DNA from: Eledone cirrhosa
Lineage: Eukaryota
Direction: 5' to 3'
Length of the DNA stretch: 64,000 nt
Assembly (NCBI GenBank): GCA_964016885.1
Contig: OZ024745.1
Coordinates: forward strand, 7,688,001 to 7,752,000
In this document: piece after piece, positions 1-18,000 of the stretch
Layout: each line of letters starts with the position of its first letter
Position numbering within the stretch: position 1 is the first letter of the stretch
Translations under genes and position numbers: made by a program
Notes under the pieces: model-generated
The model's database searches: none
Told to the model about the DNA's origin: nothing
Seen by the model: only the letters and a program-made list of their open reading frames with translations

Positions 1-3000
1 ACCATGACAGTGTTCATGATATTATCTACCATGACAGTGTTCATGATATTATCTACCATGACAGTGTTCATGATATTATCTACGATGACAGTGTTCGTGA
101 TACTACCTACCATGACAGTGTTCATGATATTATCTACCATAACAGTGTTCATGATATTATCTACCATGACAGTGTTCATGATATTACCTACCATGACAGT
201 GTTCATGATATTAACTACCATGGAAGTGTTCATGATATTATTTACCCTGACAGTGTTCATGATACTATCTATCATGACAGTGTTCATGATATTATCTACC
301 ATGTCAGTGTACATGATACTATCTACCATGACGTTGTTCATGATATTATCTACCATAACAGTGTTCATGATATTATCTACCATGACAGTGTTCATTATAT
401 TATCTACCATGACAGTGTTCATGATATTATCTACGATGACAGTGTTCATGATACTATCTACCATGACAGTGTTAATGATATTATCTACCATGACAGTGTT
501 CATGATATTATCTACCATGACAGTGTTCATGATATTCTCTACCATGACAGTGTTCATGATACTTTCTACCACGGCAGTGTTAATGATATTATCTACCATG
601 ACAGTGTTCATGATACTATTTACCATGACAGTGTTCATGAGTCTATCTACCATGACAGTGTTCATGATATTATCTACCATGACAGTGTTCATGATACTAT
701 CTACCATGACAGTGTTCATGATATTATCTACCATGACAGTGTTCATGATCTTATCTACCATGACAGTGTTCATGATACTATCTACCATGACAGTGTTCAT
801 GATATTATCTACCATGACAGTGTTCATGATATTCTCTACCATGACAGTGTTCATGATACTATCTACCATGACAGTGTTCATGATATTATCTACGATGTCA
901 GTGTTCCTGATACTAATACTATCTACCATGACAGTGTTCATGATATTATCTACCATGACAGTGTTCATGATATTATCTACCATGACAGTGTTCATGATAC
1001 TATCTACCATGACAGTGTTCATGATATTATCTACCATGACAGTGTTCATGATATTATCTACGATGTCAGTGTTCCTGATACTATCTACCATGACAGTGTT
1101 CATGATATTATCTACCATGACAGTGTTCATGATATTATCTACCATGACAGTGTTCATGATACTATCTACCATGACAGTGTTCATGATATTATCTACCATG
1201 ACAGTGTTCATGATACTATCTACCATGACAGTGTTCATGATATTATCTACCATGACCGTGTTCATGATATTCTCTACCATGACAGTGTTCATGATACTAT
1301 CTACCATGACAGTGTTCATGATATTATCTACGATGTCAGTGTTCCTGATACTATCTACCATGACAGTGTTCATGATATTATCTACCATGACAGTGTTCAT
1401 GATATTATCTACCATGACAGTGTTCATGATACTATCTACCATGACAGTGTTCATGATGTTATCTACCATGACGGTGTTCATGATATTATCTACCATGACA
1501 GTGTTCATGATATTATCTACCATGACAGTGTTCATGATATTATCTACGATGACAGTGTTCCTGATACTATCTACCATGACAGTGTTCATGATATTATCTA
1601 CCATGACAGTGTTCATGATATTATCTACCACGACAGTGTTCATGATATTCTCTACCATGACAGTGTTCATGATACTATCTACAATGACAGTGTTCATGAT
1701 ACTATCTACCATGACAGTGTTCAAGATATTATCTACCATGACAGTGTTCATGATATTCTCTACCATGACAGTGTTCATGATACTATCTACAATGACAGTG
1801 TTCATGATACTATCTACCATGACAGTGTTCATGATATTATCTACCATGACAGTGTTCATGATATTATCTACCATGACAGTGTTCATGATATTCTCTACCA
1901 TGACAGTGTTCATGATACTATCTACAATGACAGTGTTCATGATACTATCTACCATGACAGTGTTCATGATATTATCTACGATGACAGTGTTCATGATACT
2001 ATCTACCATGACAGTGTTCGTGATATTATCTACCATGACAGTGTTCATGATATTCTCTACCATGACAGTGTTAATGATATTATCTACCATGACAGTGTTC
2101 ATGATATTCTCTACCATGACAGTGTTCATGATACTATCTACCATCACAGTGTTCATGATATTATCTACGATGGCAGTGTTCATGATATTATCTACCAGGA
2201 CAGTGTTCATGATATTATCTACCATGACAGTGTTCATGATATTATCTACCATGACAGTGTTAATGATATTATCTACCATGACAGTGTTCATGATATTATC
2301 TACCATGACAGTGTTCATGATATTATCTACCATGACAGTGTTCATGATATTCTCTACCATGACAGTGTTCCTGATATTATCTACCATGACAGTGTTCATG
2401 ATACTATCTACCATGACAGTGTTCATGATATTATCTACCATGACAGTGTTCATGATATTATCTACCATGACAGTGTTCATGATATTATCTACCATGACAG
2501 TGTTCATGATATTATCTACCATGGCAGTGTTCATGATATTATCTACCATGACAGTGTTCATGATATTATCTACCATGACAGTGTTAATGATATTATCTAC
2601 CATGACAGTGTTCATGATACTATCTACCATGACAGTGTTCATGATATTATCTACCATGACAGCGTTCATGATATTCTCTACCATGACAGTGTTCATGATA
2701 TTATCTACCATGACAGTGTTCATGATATTCTCTACCATGACAGTGTTCATGATACTATCTACCATGACAGTGTTCATGATATTATCTACCATGCCAGTTT
2801 TCCTGATACTATCTACCATGACAGTGTTAATGATATTATCTACCATGACAGTGTTCATGATATTATCTACCATGACAGTTTTCCTGATACTATCTACCAT
2901 GACAGTGTTCCTGATATTATCTACCATGGCTGTGTTCATGATATTATCTACCATGACAGTGTTCCTGATATTATCTACCATGACAGTGTTAATGATATTA

Positions 3001-6000
3001 TCTACCATGACAGTGTTCATGATATTATCTACCATGACAATGTTAGTGATATTATCTACCATGACAGTGTTCATGATATAATCTACCCAGACAGTGTTCA
3101 TGATATTATCTACCATGTCAGTGTACATGATACTATCTACCGTGACAGTGTTCATAATATTATCTACCATGACAGTGTTCATGATATTATCTACCATGAC
3201 AGTGTTCATGATATTATCTACCATGACAGTGTTCATGATATTATCTACCATGACAGTGTTCATGATATTATCTACGATGACAGTGTTCGTGATACTATCT
3301 ACCATGACAGTGTTCATGATATTATCTACCATAACAGTGTTCATGATATTATCTACCATGACAGTGTTCATGATATTACCTACCATGACAGTGTTCATGA
3401 TATTAACTACCATGGAAGTGTTCATGATATTATTTACCCTGACAGTGTTCATGATACTATCTATCATGACAGTGTTCATGATATTATCTACCATGTCAGT
3501 GTACATGATACTATCTACCATGACGGTGTTCATGATATTATCTACCATAACAGTGTTCATGATATTATCTACCATGACAGTGTTCATTATATTATCTACC
3601 ATGACAGTGTTCATGATATTATCTACGATGACAGTGTTCATGATACTATCTACCATGACAGTGTTAATGATATTATCTACCATGACAGTGTTCATGATAT
3701 TATCTACCATGACAGTGTTCATGATATTCTCTACCATGACAGTGTTCATGATACTTTCTACCACGGCAGTGTTAATGATATTATCTACCATGACAGTGTT
3801 CATGATACTATCTACCATGACAGTGTTCATGATATTATCTACCATGACAGTGTTCATGATATTATCTACGATGGCAGTGTTCATGATATTATCTACCATG
3901 ACAGTGTTCATGATATTATCTACGATGTCAGTGTTCCTGATATTATCTACCATGACAGTGTTCATGATATTATCTACCATGACAGTGTTCATGATATTAT
4001 CTACCATGACAGTGTTCATGATATTATCTACCATGACAGTGTTAATGATATTATCTACCATGACAGTGTTCATGATATTATCTACCATGACAGTGTTCAT
4101 GATATTCTCTACCATGACAGTGTTCATGATATTCTCTACCATGACAGTGTTCATGATACTATTTACCATGACAGTGTTCATGAGTCTATCTACCATGACA
4201 GTGTTCATGATATTCTCTACCATGACAGTGTTCATGATACTATTTACCATGACAGTGTTCATGAGTCTATCTACCATGACAGTGTTCATGATATTATCTA
4301 CCATGACAATGTTCATGATACTATCTACCATGACAGTGTTCATCATATTATCTACCATGACAGTGTTCATGATCTTATCTACCATGACAGTGTTCATGAT
4401 ACTATCTACCATGACAGTGTTCATGATATTATCTACCATGACAGTGTTCATGATACTATCTACCATGACAGTGTTCATGATATTCTCTACCATGACAGTG
4501 TTCATGATACTATCTACCATGACAGTGTTCATGATATTATCTACGATGTCAGTGTTCCTGATACTATCTACCATGACAGTGTTCATGATATTATCTACCA
4601 TGACAGTGTTCATGATATTATCTACCATAACAGTGTTCATGATACTATCTACCATGACAGTGTTCATGATATTATCTACCATGACAGTGTTCATGATATT
4701 ATCTACCATGACAGTGTTCATGATATTATCTACCATGACAGTGTTCATGATATTATCTACGATGACAGTGTTCCTGATACTATCTACCATGACAGTGTTC
4801 ATTATATTATCTACCATGACAGTGTTCATGATATTATCTACCACGACAGTGTTCATGATATTCTCTACCATGACAGTGTTCATGATACTATCTACAATGA
4901 CAGTGTTCATGATACTATCTACCATGACAGTGTTCATGATATTATCTACCATGACAGTGTTCATGATATTCTCTACCATGACAGTGTTCATGATACTATC
5001 TACAATGACAGTGTTCATGATACTATCTACCATGACAGTGTTCATGATATTATCTACCATGACAGTGTTCATGATATTCTCTACCATGACAGTGTTCATG
5101 ATACTATCTACCATGACAGTGTTCATGATATTATCTACCATGACAGTGTTCATGATATTATCTACCATGACAGTGTTCATGATATTATCTATCATGACAG
5201 TGTTCATGATATTATCTACCATGACTGTTCATGATACTATCTACAATGACAGTGTTCATGATACTATCTACCATGACAGTGTTCATGATATTATCTACCA
5301 TGACAGTGTTCATGATATTATCTACCATGGCAGTGTTCATGATATTCTCTACCATGACAGTGTTCATGATACTATCTACAATGACAGTGTTCATGATACT
5401 ATCTACCATGACAGTGTTCATGATATTATCTACCATGACAGTGTTCATGATATTATCTACCATGACAGTGTTCGTGATATTATCTACCATGACAGTGTTC
5501 ATGATATTCTCTACCATGACAGTGTTAATGATATTATCTACCATGACAGTGTTCATGATATTCTCTACCATGACAGTGTTCATGATACTATCTACCATCA
5601 CAGTGTTCATGATATTATCTACGATGGCAGTGTTCATGATATTATCTACCAGGACAGTGTTTATGATATTATCTACCATGACAGTGTTCATGATATTATC
5701 TACCATGACAGTGTTAATGATATTATCTACCCTGACAGTGTTCATGATATTATCTACCATGACAGTGTTCATGATATTATCTACCATGACAGTGTTCATG
5801 ATATTCTCTACCATGACAGTGTTCCTGATATTATCTACCATGACAGTGTTCATGATACTATCTACCATGACAGTGTTCATGATATTATCTACCATGACAG
5901 TGTTCATGATATTATCTACCATGACAGTGTTCCTGATATTATCTACCATGACAGTGTTCATGATATTATCTACCATGACAGTGTTCATGATATTGTCTAC

Positions 6001-9000
6001 CATGACAGTGTTCATGATATTATCTACCATGACAGTGTTAATGATATTATCTACCATGACAGTGTTCATGATACTATCTACCATGACAGTGTTCATGATA
6101 TTTTCTACCATGACAGTGTTCATGCTATTCTCTACCATGACAGTGTTCATGATATTATCTACCATGACAGTGTTCATGATATTCTCTACCATGACAGTGT
6201 TCATGATACTATCTACCATGACAGTGTTCATGATATTATCTACGATGGCAGTGTTCCTGATATTATCTACCATGGCAGTGTTAATGATATTATCTACCAT
6301 GACAGTGTTCATGATATTATCTACCATGACAATGTTAGTGATATTATCTACCATGACAGTGTTCATGATACTATCTACCATGACAGTGTTCATGATATTA
6401 TCTACCATGACAGTGTTCATGATATAATCTACCCAGACAGTGTTCATGCTATTATCTACCATGTCAGTGTACATGATACTATCTACCGTGAGAGTGTTCA
6501 TGATATTATCTACCATGACAGTGTTCATGATATTATCTACCATGACAGTGTTCATGATATTATCTACCATGACAGTGTTCATGATACCATCTACTATGAC
6601 AGTGTTCATGATATTATCTACGATGACAGTGTTCGTGATACTATCTACCATGACAGTGTTCATGATATTAACTACCATGACAGTGTTCATGATATTCTCT
6701 ACCATGACAGTGTTCATGATATTAACTACCATGGAAGTGTTCATGATATTATTTACCCTGACAGTGTTCATGATACTATCTATCATGACAGTGTTCATGA
6801 TATTATCTACCATGACAGTGTTCATGATATTATCTACCATGACAGTGTTCATGATATTAACTACCATGGAAGTGTTCATGATATTATTTACCCTGACAGT
6901 GTTCATGATACTATCTATCATGACAGTGTTCATGATATTATCTACCATGACAGTGTTCATGATATTATCTACCATGACAGTGTTCATGATATTATCTACC
7001 ATGACAGTGTTCATTATATTATCTACCATGACAGTGTTCATGATATTATCTACGATGACAGTGTTCATGATACTATCTACCATGACAGTGTTCATGATAC
7101 TATCTACCATGACAGTGTTCATGATACTTTCTACCACGGCAGTGTTAATGATATTATCTACCATGACAGTGTTCAGGATACTATTTACCATGACAGTGTT
7201 CATGAGTCTATCTACCATGACAGTGTTCATGATATTATCTACCATGACAGTGTTCATGATACTATCTACCATGACAGTGTTCATGATATTATCTACCATG
7301 ACAGTGTTCATGATATTATCTACCATGACAGTGTTCATGATATTATCTACCATGACAGTGTTCATGATACTATCTCCCATGACAGTGTTCCTGATATTAT
7401 CTACCATGACAGTGTTCATGATATTATCTACCATGACAGTGTTCATGATATTATCTACCATGACAGTGTTCATGATATTATCTACGATGACAGTGTTCAT
7501 GATACTATCTACCCTGACAGTGTTCATGATATTATCTACCATGACAGTGTTCATGATATTATCTACCATGACAGTGTTCATGATACTATCTACCATGACA
7601 GTGTTCATGATATTATCTACCATGACAGTGTTCCTGATACTATCTACCATTACAGTGTTCATGATATTATCTACCATGACAGTGTTCATGATACTATCTA
7701 CCATGACAGTGTTCATGATACTATCTACCATGACAGTGTTCATGATATTATCTACCATGACAGTGTTCCTGATACTATCTACCATGACAGTGTTCATGAT
7801 ATTATCTACCATGACAGTGTTCCTGATACTATCTACCATGACAGTGTTCATGATATTATCTACCATGACAGTGTTCATGATATTATGTACCATGACAGTG
7901 TTCATGATATTATCTACCATGACAGTGTTCATGATATTATCTACCATGACAGTGTTCATGATATTATCTACCATGACAGTGTTCATGATATTATCTACGA
8001 TGACAGTGTTCCTGATACTACCTACCATGACAGTGTTCATGATATTATCTACCATGACAGTGTTCATGATACTATCTACCATGACAGTGTTCATGATATT
8101 ATCTACCATGACAGTGTTCATGATATTATCTACCATGACAGTGTTCATGATATTATCTACGATGACAGTGTTCCTGATACTATCTACCATGACAGTGTTC
8201 ATGATATTATCTACCATGACAGTGTTCATGATATTATCTACCATGACAGTGTTCCTGATACTATCTACCATGACAGTGTTCATGATATTATCTACCATGA
8301 CAGTGTTCATGATATTATGTACCATGACAGTGTTCATGATATTATCTATCATGACAGTGTTCATGATATTATCTACCATGACAGTGTTCATGATATTATC
8401 TACCATGACAGTGTTCATGATATTATCTACGATGACAGTGTTCCTGATACTATCTACCATGACAGTGTTCATGATATTATCTACCATGACAGTGTTCATG
8501 ATACTCTCTACCATGACAGTGTTCATGATATTATCTACCATGACAGTGTTCATGATATTATCTACCATGACAGTGTTCATGATATTATCTACCATGACAG
8601 TGTTCATGATATTATCTACCATGACAGTGTTCCTGATACTATCTACCATGACAGTGTTCATGATATTATCTACCATGACAGTGTTCATGATCTTATCTAC
8701 CATGACAGTGTTCATGATACTATCTACCATGACAGTGTTCATGATATTATCTACCATGACAGTGTTCATGATATTCTCTACCATGACAGTGTTCATGATA
8801 CTATCTACCATGACAGTGTTCATGATATTATCTACGATGTCAGTGTTCCTGATACTATCTACCATGACAGTGTTCATGATATTATCTACGATGAAAGTGT
8901 TCATGATACTATCTACCATGACAGTGTTCATGATATTATCTACCATGACAGTGTTCATGATACTATCTACAATGACAGTGTTCATGATATTATCTACCAT

Positions 9001-12000
9001 GACAGTGTTCATGATATTATCTACCATGACAGTGTTCATGATATTATCTACCATGACAGTGTTCATGATATTATCTACGATGACAGTGTTCCTGATACTA
9101 TCTACCATGACAGTGTTCATGAGATTATCTGCCATGACAGTGTTCATGATATTATCTACCACGACAGTGTTCATGGTATTCTCTACCATGACAGTGTTCA
9201 TGATACTATCTACAATGACAGTGTTCATGATACTATCTACCATGACAGTGTTCATGATATTATCTACCATGACAGTGTTCATGATATTCTCTACCATGAC
9301 AGTGTTCATGATACTATCTACCATGACAGTGTTCATGATATTATCTACAATGACAGTGTTCATGATACTATCTACCATGACAGTGTTCATGATATTATCT
9401 ACCATGACAGTGTTCATTATATTATCTACCATGACAGTGTTCATGATATTATCTAGCATGACAGTGTTCATGATATTATCTACCATGACAGTGTTCATGA
9501 TACTATCTACACTGACAGTGTTCATGATACTATCTACCATGACAGTGTTCATGATATTATCTACCATGACAGTGTTCATGATATTATCTACCATGACAGT
9601 GTTCATGATATTCTCTACCATGACAGTGTTCATGATACTATCTACAATGACAGTGTTCATGATACGATCTACCATGACAGTGTTCATGATATTATCTACC
9701 ATGACAGTGTTCATGATATTATCTACCATGACAGTGTTCATGATATTATCTACCATGACAGTGTTCATGATATTCTCTACCATGACAGTGTTCATGATAT
9801 TATCTACCATGACAGTGTTCATGATACTATCTACCATGACAGTGTTCATGATATTATCTACCATGACAGTGTTCATGATATTATCTACCATGACAGTGTT
9901 CATGATATTATCTACCACGACAGTGTTCATGATATTATCTACCATGATAGTGTTCATGATATTATCTACCATGACAGTGTTCATGATATTATCTACCATG
10001 ACAGTGTTAATGATATCATCTACCATGACAGTGTTCATGATACTATCTACAATGACAGTGTTCATGATATTATCTACCATGACAGTGTTCATGATATTCT
10101 CTACCATGACAGTGTTCATGATATTATCTACCATGACAGTGTTCATGATATTCTCTACCATGACAGTGTTCATGATACTATCTACCATGACAGTGTTCAT
10201 GATATTATCTACCATGACAGTTTTCCTGATACTATCTACCATGACAGTGTTAATGATATTATCTACCATGACAGTGTTCCTGATATTATCTACCATGGCT
10301 GTGTTCATGATATTATCTACGATGTCAGTGTTCCTGATACTATCTACCATGACAGTGTTCATGATATTATCTACCATGACAGTGTTCATGATATTATCTA
10401 CCATGACAGTGTTCATGATACTATCTACCATGACAGTGTTCATGATATTATCTACCATGACAGGGTTCATGATATTATCTACCATGACAGTGTTCATGAT
10501 ATTATCTACCATGACAGTGTTCATGATATTATCTACGATGACAGTGTTCCTGATACTATCTACCATGACAGTGTTCATGATATTATCTACCATGACAGTG
10601 TTCATGATATTCTCTACCATGACAGTGTTCATGATACTATCTACAATGACAGTGTTCATGATACTATCTACCATGACAGTGTTCATGATATTATCTACCA
10701 TGACAGTGTTCATGATATTATCTACCATGACAGTGTTCATGATATTATCTACCATGACAGTGTTCATGATATTATCTACCATGACAGTGTTCATGATATT
10801 ATCTACCATGACAGTGTTCATGATATTATCTACCATGACAGTGTTAATGATATTATCTACCATGACAGTGTGCATGATACTATCTACCATGACAGTGTTC
10901 ATGATATTATCTACCATGACAGTGTTCATGATATTCTCTACCATGACAGTGTTCATGATATTATCTACCATGACAGTGTTCATGATATTCTCTACCGTGA
11001 CAGTGTTCATGCTACTATCTACCATGACAGTGTTCATGATATTATCTACCATGACAGTTTTCCTGATACTATCTACCATGACAGTGTTAATGATATTATC
11101 TACCATGACAGTGTTCCTGATATTATCTACCATGGCTGTGTTCATGATATTATCTACGATGACAGTGTTCCTGATACTATCTACCATGACAGTGTTCATG
11201 ATATTATCTACCATGACAGTGTTCATGATACTATCTACCATGACAGTGTTCATGATATTATCTACCATGACAGTGTTCATGATATTATCTACCATGACAG
11301 TGTTCATGATATTATCTACCATGACAGTGTTCATGATATTATCTACCATGACAGTGTTCCTGATACTATCTACCATGACAGTGTTCATGATATTATCTAC
11401 CATGACAGTGTTCATGATCTTATCTACCATGACAGTGTTCATGATACTATCTACCATGACAGTGTTCATGATATTATCTACCATGACAGTGTTCATGATA
11501 TTCTCTACCATGACAGTGTTCATGATACTATCTACCATGACAGTGTTCATGATATTATCTACGATGTCAGTGTTCCTGATACTATCTACCATGACAGTGT
11601 TCATGATATTATCTACCATGACAGTGTTCATGATATTATCTACCATGACAGTGTTCATGATATTATCTACCATGACAGTGTTCATGATATTATCTACCAT
11701 GACAGTGTTCATGATATTATCTACGATGACAGTGTTCCTGATACTATCTACCATGACAGTGTTCATGATATTATCTACCATGACAGTGTTCATGGTATTA
11801 TCTACCACGACAGTGTTCATGATATTCTCTACCATGACAGTGTTCATGATACTATCTACAATGACAGTGTTCATGCTACTATCTACCATGACAGTGTTCA
11901 TGATATTATCTACCATGACAGTGTTCATGATATTCTCTACCATGACAGTGTTCATGATACTATCTACAATGACAGTGTTCATGATATTATCTACCATGAC

Positions 12001-15000
12001 AGTGTTCATGATACTATCTACCATGACAGTGTTCATGATATTATCTACCATGACAGTGTTCATGATATTATCTACCATGACAGTGTTCATGATATTATCT
12101 ACCATGACAGTGTTCATGATATTATCTACCATGACAGTGTTCATGATATTATCTACCATGACAGTGTTCATGATATTATCTACCATGACAGTGTTAATGG
12201 TATTATCTACCATGTCAGTGTTCATGATACTATCTACCATGACAGTGTTCATGATATTATCTACCATGACAGTGTTCATGCTATTCTCTACCATGACAGT
12301 GTTCATGATATTATCTACCATGACAGTGTTCATGATATTCTCTACCATGACAGTGTTCATGATACTATCTACCATGACAGTGTTCATGATATTATCTACG
12401 ATGGCAGTGTTCCTGATATTATCTACCATGACAGTGTTAATGATATTATCTACCATGACAGTGTTCATGATATTATCTACCATGACAATGTTAGTGATAT
12501 TATCTACCATGACAGTGTTCATGATACTATCTACCATGACAGTGTTCATGATATTATCTACCATGACAGTGTTCATGATATAATCTACCCAGACAGTGTT
12601 CATGATATTATCTACCATGTCAGTGTACATGATACTATCTACCGTGACAGTGTTCATGATATTATCTACCATGACAGTGTTCATGATATTATCTACCATG
12701 ACAGTGTTCATGATATTATCTACCATGACAGTGTTCATGATACCATCTACTATGACAGTGTTCATGATATTATCTACGATGACAGTGTTCGTGATACTAT
12801 CTACCATGACAGTGTTCATGATATTAACTACCATGGAAGTGTTCATGATATTATTTACCCTGACAGTGTTCATGATACTATCTATCATGACAGTGTTCAT
12901 GATATTATCTACCATGACAGTGTTCATGATATTATCTACCATGACAGTGTTCATTATATTATCTACCATGACAGTGTTCATTATATTATCTACCATGACA
13001 GTGTTCATGATATTATCTACGATGACAGTGTTCATGATACTATCTACCATGACAGTGTTCATGATACTATCTACCATGACAGTGTTCATGATACTTTCTA
13101 CCACGGCAGTGTTAATGATATTATCTACCATGACAGTGTTCAGGATACTATTTACCATGACAGTGTTCATGAGTCTATCTACCATGACAGTGTTCATGAT
13201 ATTATCTACCATGACAGTGTTCATGATACTATCTACCATGACAGTGTTCATGATATTATCTACCATGACAGTGTTCATGATATTATCTACCATGACAGTG
13301 TTCATGATATTATCTACCATGACAGTGTTCATGATACTATCTACCATGACAGTGTTCCTGATATTATCTACCATGACAGTGTTCATGATATTATCTACCA
13401 TGACAGTGTTCATGATATTATCTACCATGACAGTGTTCATGATATTATCTACGATGACAGTGTTCATGATACTATCTACCCTGACAGTGTTCATGATATT
13501 ATCTACCATGACAGTGTTCATGATATTATCTACCATGACAGTGTTCATGATACTATCTACCATGACAGTGTTCATGATATTATCTACCATGACAGTGTTC
13601 CTGATACTATCTACCATTACAGTGTTCATGATATTATCTACCATGACAGTGTTCATGATACTATCTACCATGACAGTGTTCATGATACTATCTACCATGA
13701 CAGTGTTCATGATATTATCTACCATGACAGTGTTCCTGATACTATCTACCATGACAGTGTTCATGATATTATCTACCATGACAGTGTTCCTGATACTATC
13801 TACCATGACAGTGTTCGTGATATTATCTACCATGACAGTGTTCATGATATTATGTACCATGACAGTGTTCATGATATTATCTACCATGACAGTGTTCATG
13901 ATATTATCTACCATGACAGTGTTCATGATATTATCTACCATGACAGTGTTCATGATATTATCTACGATGACAGTGTTCCTGATACTACCTACCATGACAG
14001 TGTTCATGATATTATCTACCATGACAGTGTTCATGATACTATCTACCATGACAGTGTTCATGATATTATCTACCATGACAGTGTTCATGATATTATCTAC
14101 CATGACAGTGTTCATGATATTATCTACGATGACAGTGTTCCTGATACTATCTACCATGACAGTGTTCATGATATTATCTACGATGACAGTGTTCCTGATA
14201 CTATCTACCATGACAGTGTTCATGATATTATCTACCATGACAGTGTTCATGATACTCTCTACCATGACAGTGTTCATGATATTATCTACCATGACAGTGT
14301 TCATGATATTATCTACCATGACAGTGTTCATGATATTATCTACCATGACAGTGTTCATGATATTATCTACCATGACAGTGTTCCTGATACTATCTACCAT
14401 GACAGTGTTCATGATATTATCTACCATGACAGTGTTCATGATCTTATCTACCATGACAGTGTTCATGATACTATCTACCATGACAGTGTTCATGATATTA
14501 TCTACCATGACAGTGTTCATGATATTCTCTACCATGACAGTGTTCATGATACTATCTACCATGACAGTGTTCATGATATTATCTACGATGTCAGTGTACC
14601 TGATACTATCTACCATGACAGTGTTCATGATATTATCTACGATGAAAGTGTTCATGATACTATCTACCATGACAGTGTTCATGATATTATCTACCATGAC
14701 AGTGTTCATGATACTATCTACAATGACAGTGTTCATGATATTATCTACCATGACAGTGTTCATGATATTATCTACCATGACAGTGTTCATGATATTATCT
14801 ACCATGACAGTGTTCATGATATTATCTACGATGACAGTGTTCCTGATACTATCTACCATGACAGTGTTCATGATATTATCTACCATGACAGTGTTCATGA
14901 TATTATCTACCACGACAGTGTTCATGATATTCTCTAGCATGACAGTGTTCATGATACTATCTACAATGACAGTGTTCATGATACTATCTACCATGACAGT

Positions 15001-18000
15001 GTTCATGATATTATCTACCATGACAGTGTTCATGATATTCTCTACCATGACAGTGTTCATGATACTATCTACCATGACAGTGTTCATGATATTATCTACA
15101 ATGACAGTGTTCATGATACTATCTACCATGACAGTGTTCATGATATTATCTACCATGACAGTGTTCATTATATTATCTACCATGACAGTGTTCATGATAT
15201 TATCTAGCATGACAGTGTTCATGATATTATCTACCATGACAGTGTTCATGATACTATCTACACTGAGAGTGTTCATGATACTATCTACCATGACAGTGTT
15301 CATGATATTATCTACCATGACAGTGTTCATGATATTATCTACCATGACAGTGTTCATGATATTCTCTACCATGACAGTGTTCATGATACTATCTACAATG
15401 ACAGTGTTCATGATACGATCTACCATGACAGTGTTCATGATATTATCTACCATGACAGTGTTCATGATATTATCTACCATGACAGTGTTCATGATATTAT
15501 CTACCATGACAGTGTTCATGATATTCTCTACCATGACAGTGTTCATGATATTATCTACCATGACAGTGTTCATGATACTATCTACCATGACAGTGTTCAT
15601 GATATTATCTACCATGACAGTGTTCATGATATTATCTACCATGACAGTGTTCATGATATTATCTACCACGACAGTGTTCATGATATTATCTACCATGATA
15701 GTGTTCATGATATTATCTACCATGACAGTGTTCATGATATTATCTACCATGACAGTGTTAATGATATTATCTACCATGACAGTGTTCATGATACTATCTA
15801 CCATGACAGTGTTCATGATATTATCTACCATGACAGTGTTCATGATATTCTCTACCATGACAGTGTTCATGATATTATCTACCATGACAGTGTTCATGAT
15901 ATTCTCTACCATGACAGTGTTCATGATACTATCTACCATGACAGTGTTCATGATATTATCTACCATGACAGTTTTCCTGATACTATCTACCATGACAGTG
16001 TTAATGATATTATCTACCATGACAGTGTTCCTGATATTATCTACCATGGCTGTGTTCATGATATTATCTACGATGTCAGTGTTCCTGATACTATCTACCA
16101 TGACAGTGTTCATGATATTATCTACCATGACAGTGTTCATGATATTATCTACCATGACAGTGTTCATGATACTATCTACCATGACAGTGTTCATGATATT
16201 ATCTACCATGACAGGGTTCATGATATTATCTACCATGACAGTGTTCATGATATTATCTACCATGACAGTGTTCATGATATTATCTACGATGACAGTGTTC
16301 CTGATACTATCTACCATGACAGTGTTCATGATATTATCTACCATGACAGTGTTCATGATATTCTCTACCATGACAGTGTTCATGATACTATCTACAATGA
16401 CAGTGTTCATGATACTATCTACCATGACAGTGTTCATGATATTATCTACCATGACAGTGTTCATGATATTATCTACCATGACAGTGTTCATGATATTATC
16501 TACCATGACAGTGTTCATGATATTATCTACCATGACAGTGTTCATGATATATTCTACCATGACAGTGTTCATGATATTATCTACCATGACAGTGTTAATG
16601 ATATTATCTACCCTGACAGTGTGCATGATACTATCTACCATGACAGTGTTCATGATATTATCTACCATGACAGTGTTCATGATATTCTCTACCATGACAG
16701 TGTTCATGATATTATCTACCATGACAGTGTTCATGATATTCTCTACCGTGACAGTGTTCATGATACTATCTACCATGACAGTGTTCATGATATTATCTAC
16801 CATGACAGTTTTCCTGATACTATCTACCATGACAGTGTTAATGATATTATCTACCATGACAGTGTTCCTGATATTATCTACCATGGCTGTGTTCATGATA
16901 TTATCTACGATGACAGTGTTCCTGATACTATCTACCATGACAGTGTTCATGATATTATCTACCATGACAGTGTTCATGATACTATCTACCATGACAGTGT
17001 TCATGATATTATCTACCATGACAGTGTTCATGATATTATCTACCATGACAGTGTTCATGATATTATCTACCATGACAGTGTTCATGATATTATCTACGAT
17101 GACAGTGTTCCTGATACTATCTACCATGACAGTGTTCATGATATTATCTACCATGACAGTGTTCATGATCTTATCTACCATGACAGTGTTCATGATACTA
17201 TCTACCATGACAGTGTTCATGATATTATCTACCATGACAGTGTTCATGATATTCTCTACCATGACAGTGTTCATGATACTATCTACCATGACAGTGTTCA
17301 TGATATTATCTACGATGTCAGTGTTCCTGATACTATCTACCATGACAGTGTTCATGATATTATCTACCATGACAGTGTTCATGATATTATCTACCATGAC
17401 AGTGTTCATGATATTATCTACCATGACAGTGTTCATGATATTATCTACCATGACAGTGTTCATGATATTATCTACGATGACAGTGTTCCTGATACTATCT
17501 ACCATGACAGTGTTCATGATATTATCTACCATGACAGTGTTCATGATATTATCTACCACGACAGTGTTCATGATATTCTCTACCATGACAGTGTTCATGA
17601 TACTATCTACAATGACAGTGTTCATGATACTATCTACCATGACAGTGTTCATGATATTATCTACCATGACAGTGTTCATGATATTCTCTACCATGACAGT
17701 GTTCATGATACTATCTACAATGACAGTGTTCATGATATTATCTACCATGACAGTGTTCATGATATTATCTACCATGACAGTGTTCATGATACTATCTACC
17801 CTGACAGTGTTCATGATATTATCTACCATGACAGTGTTCATGATACTATCTACCATGACAGTGTTCATGATATTATCTACCATGACAGTGTTCATGATAT
17901 TATCTACCATGACAGTGTTCATGATATTCTCTACCATGACAGTGTTCATGATACTATCTACAATGACAGTGTTCATGATACTATCTACCATGACAGTGTT

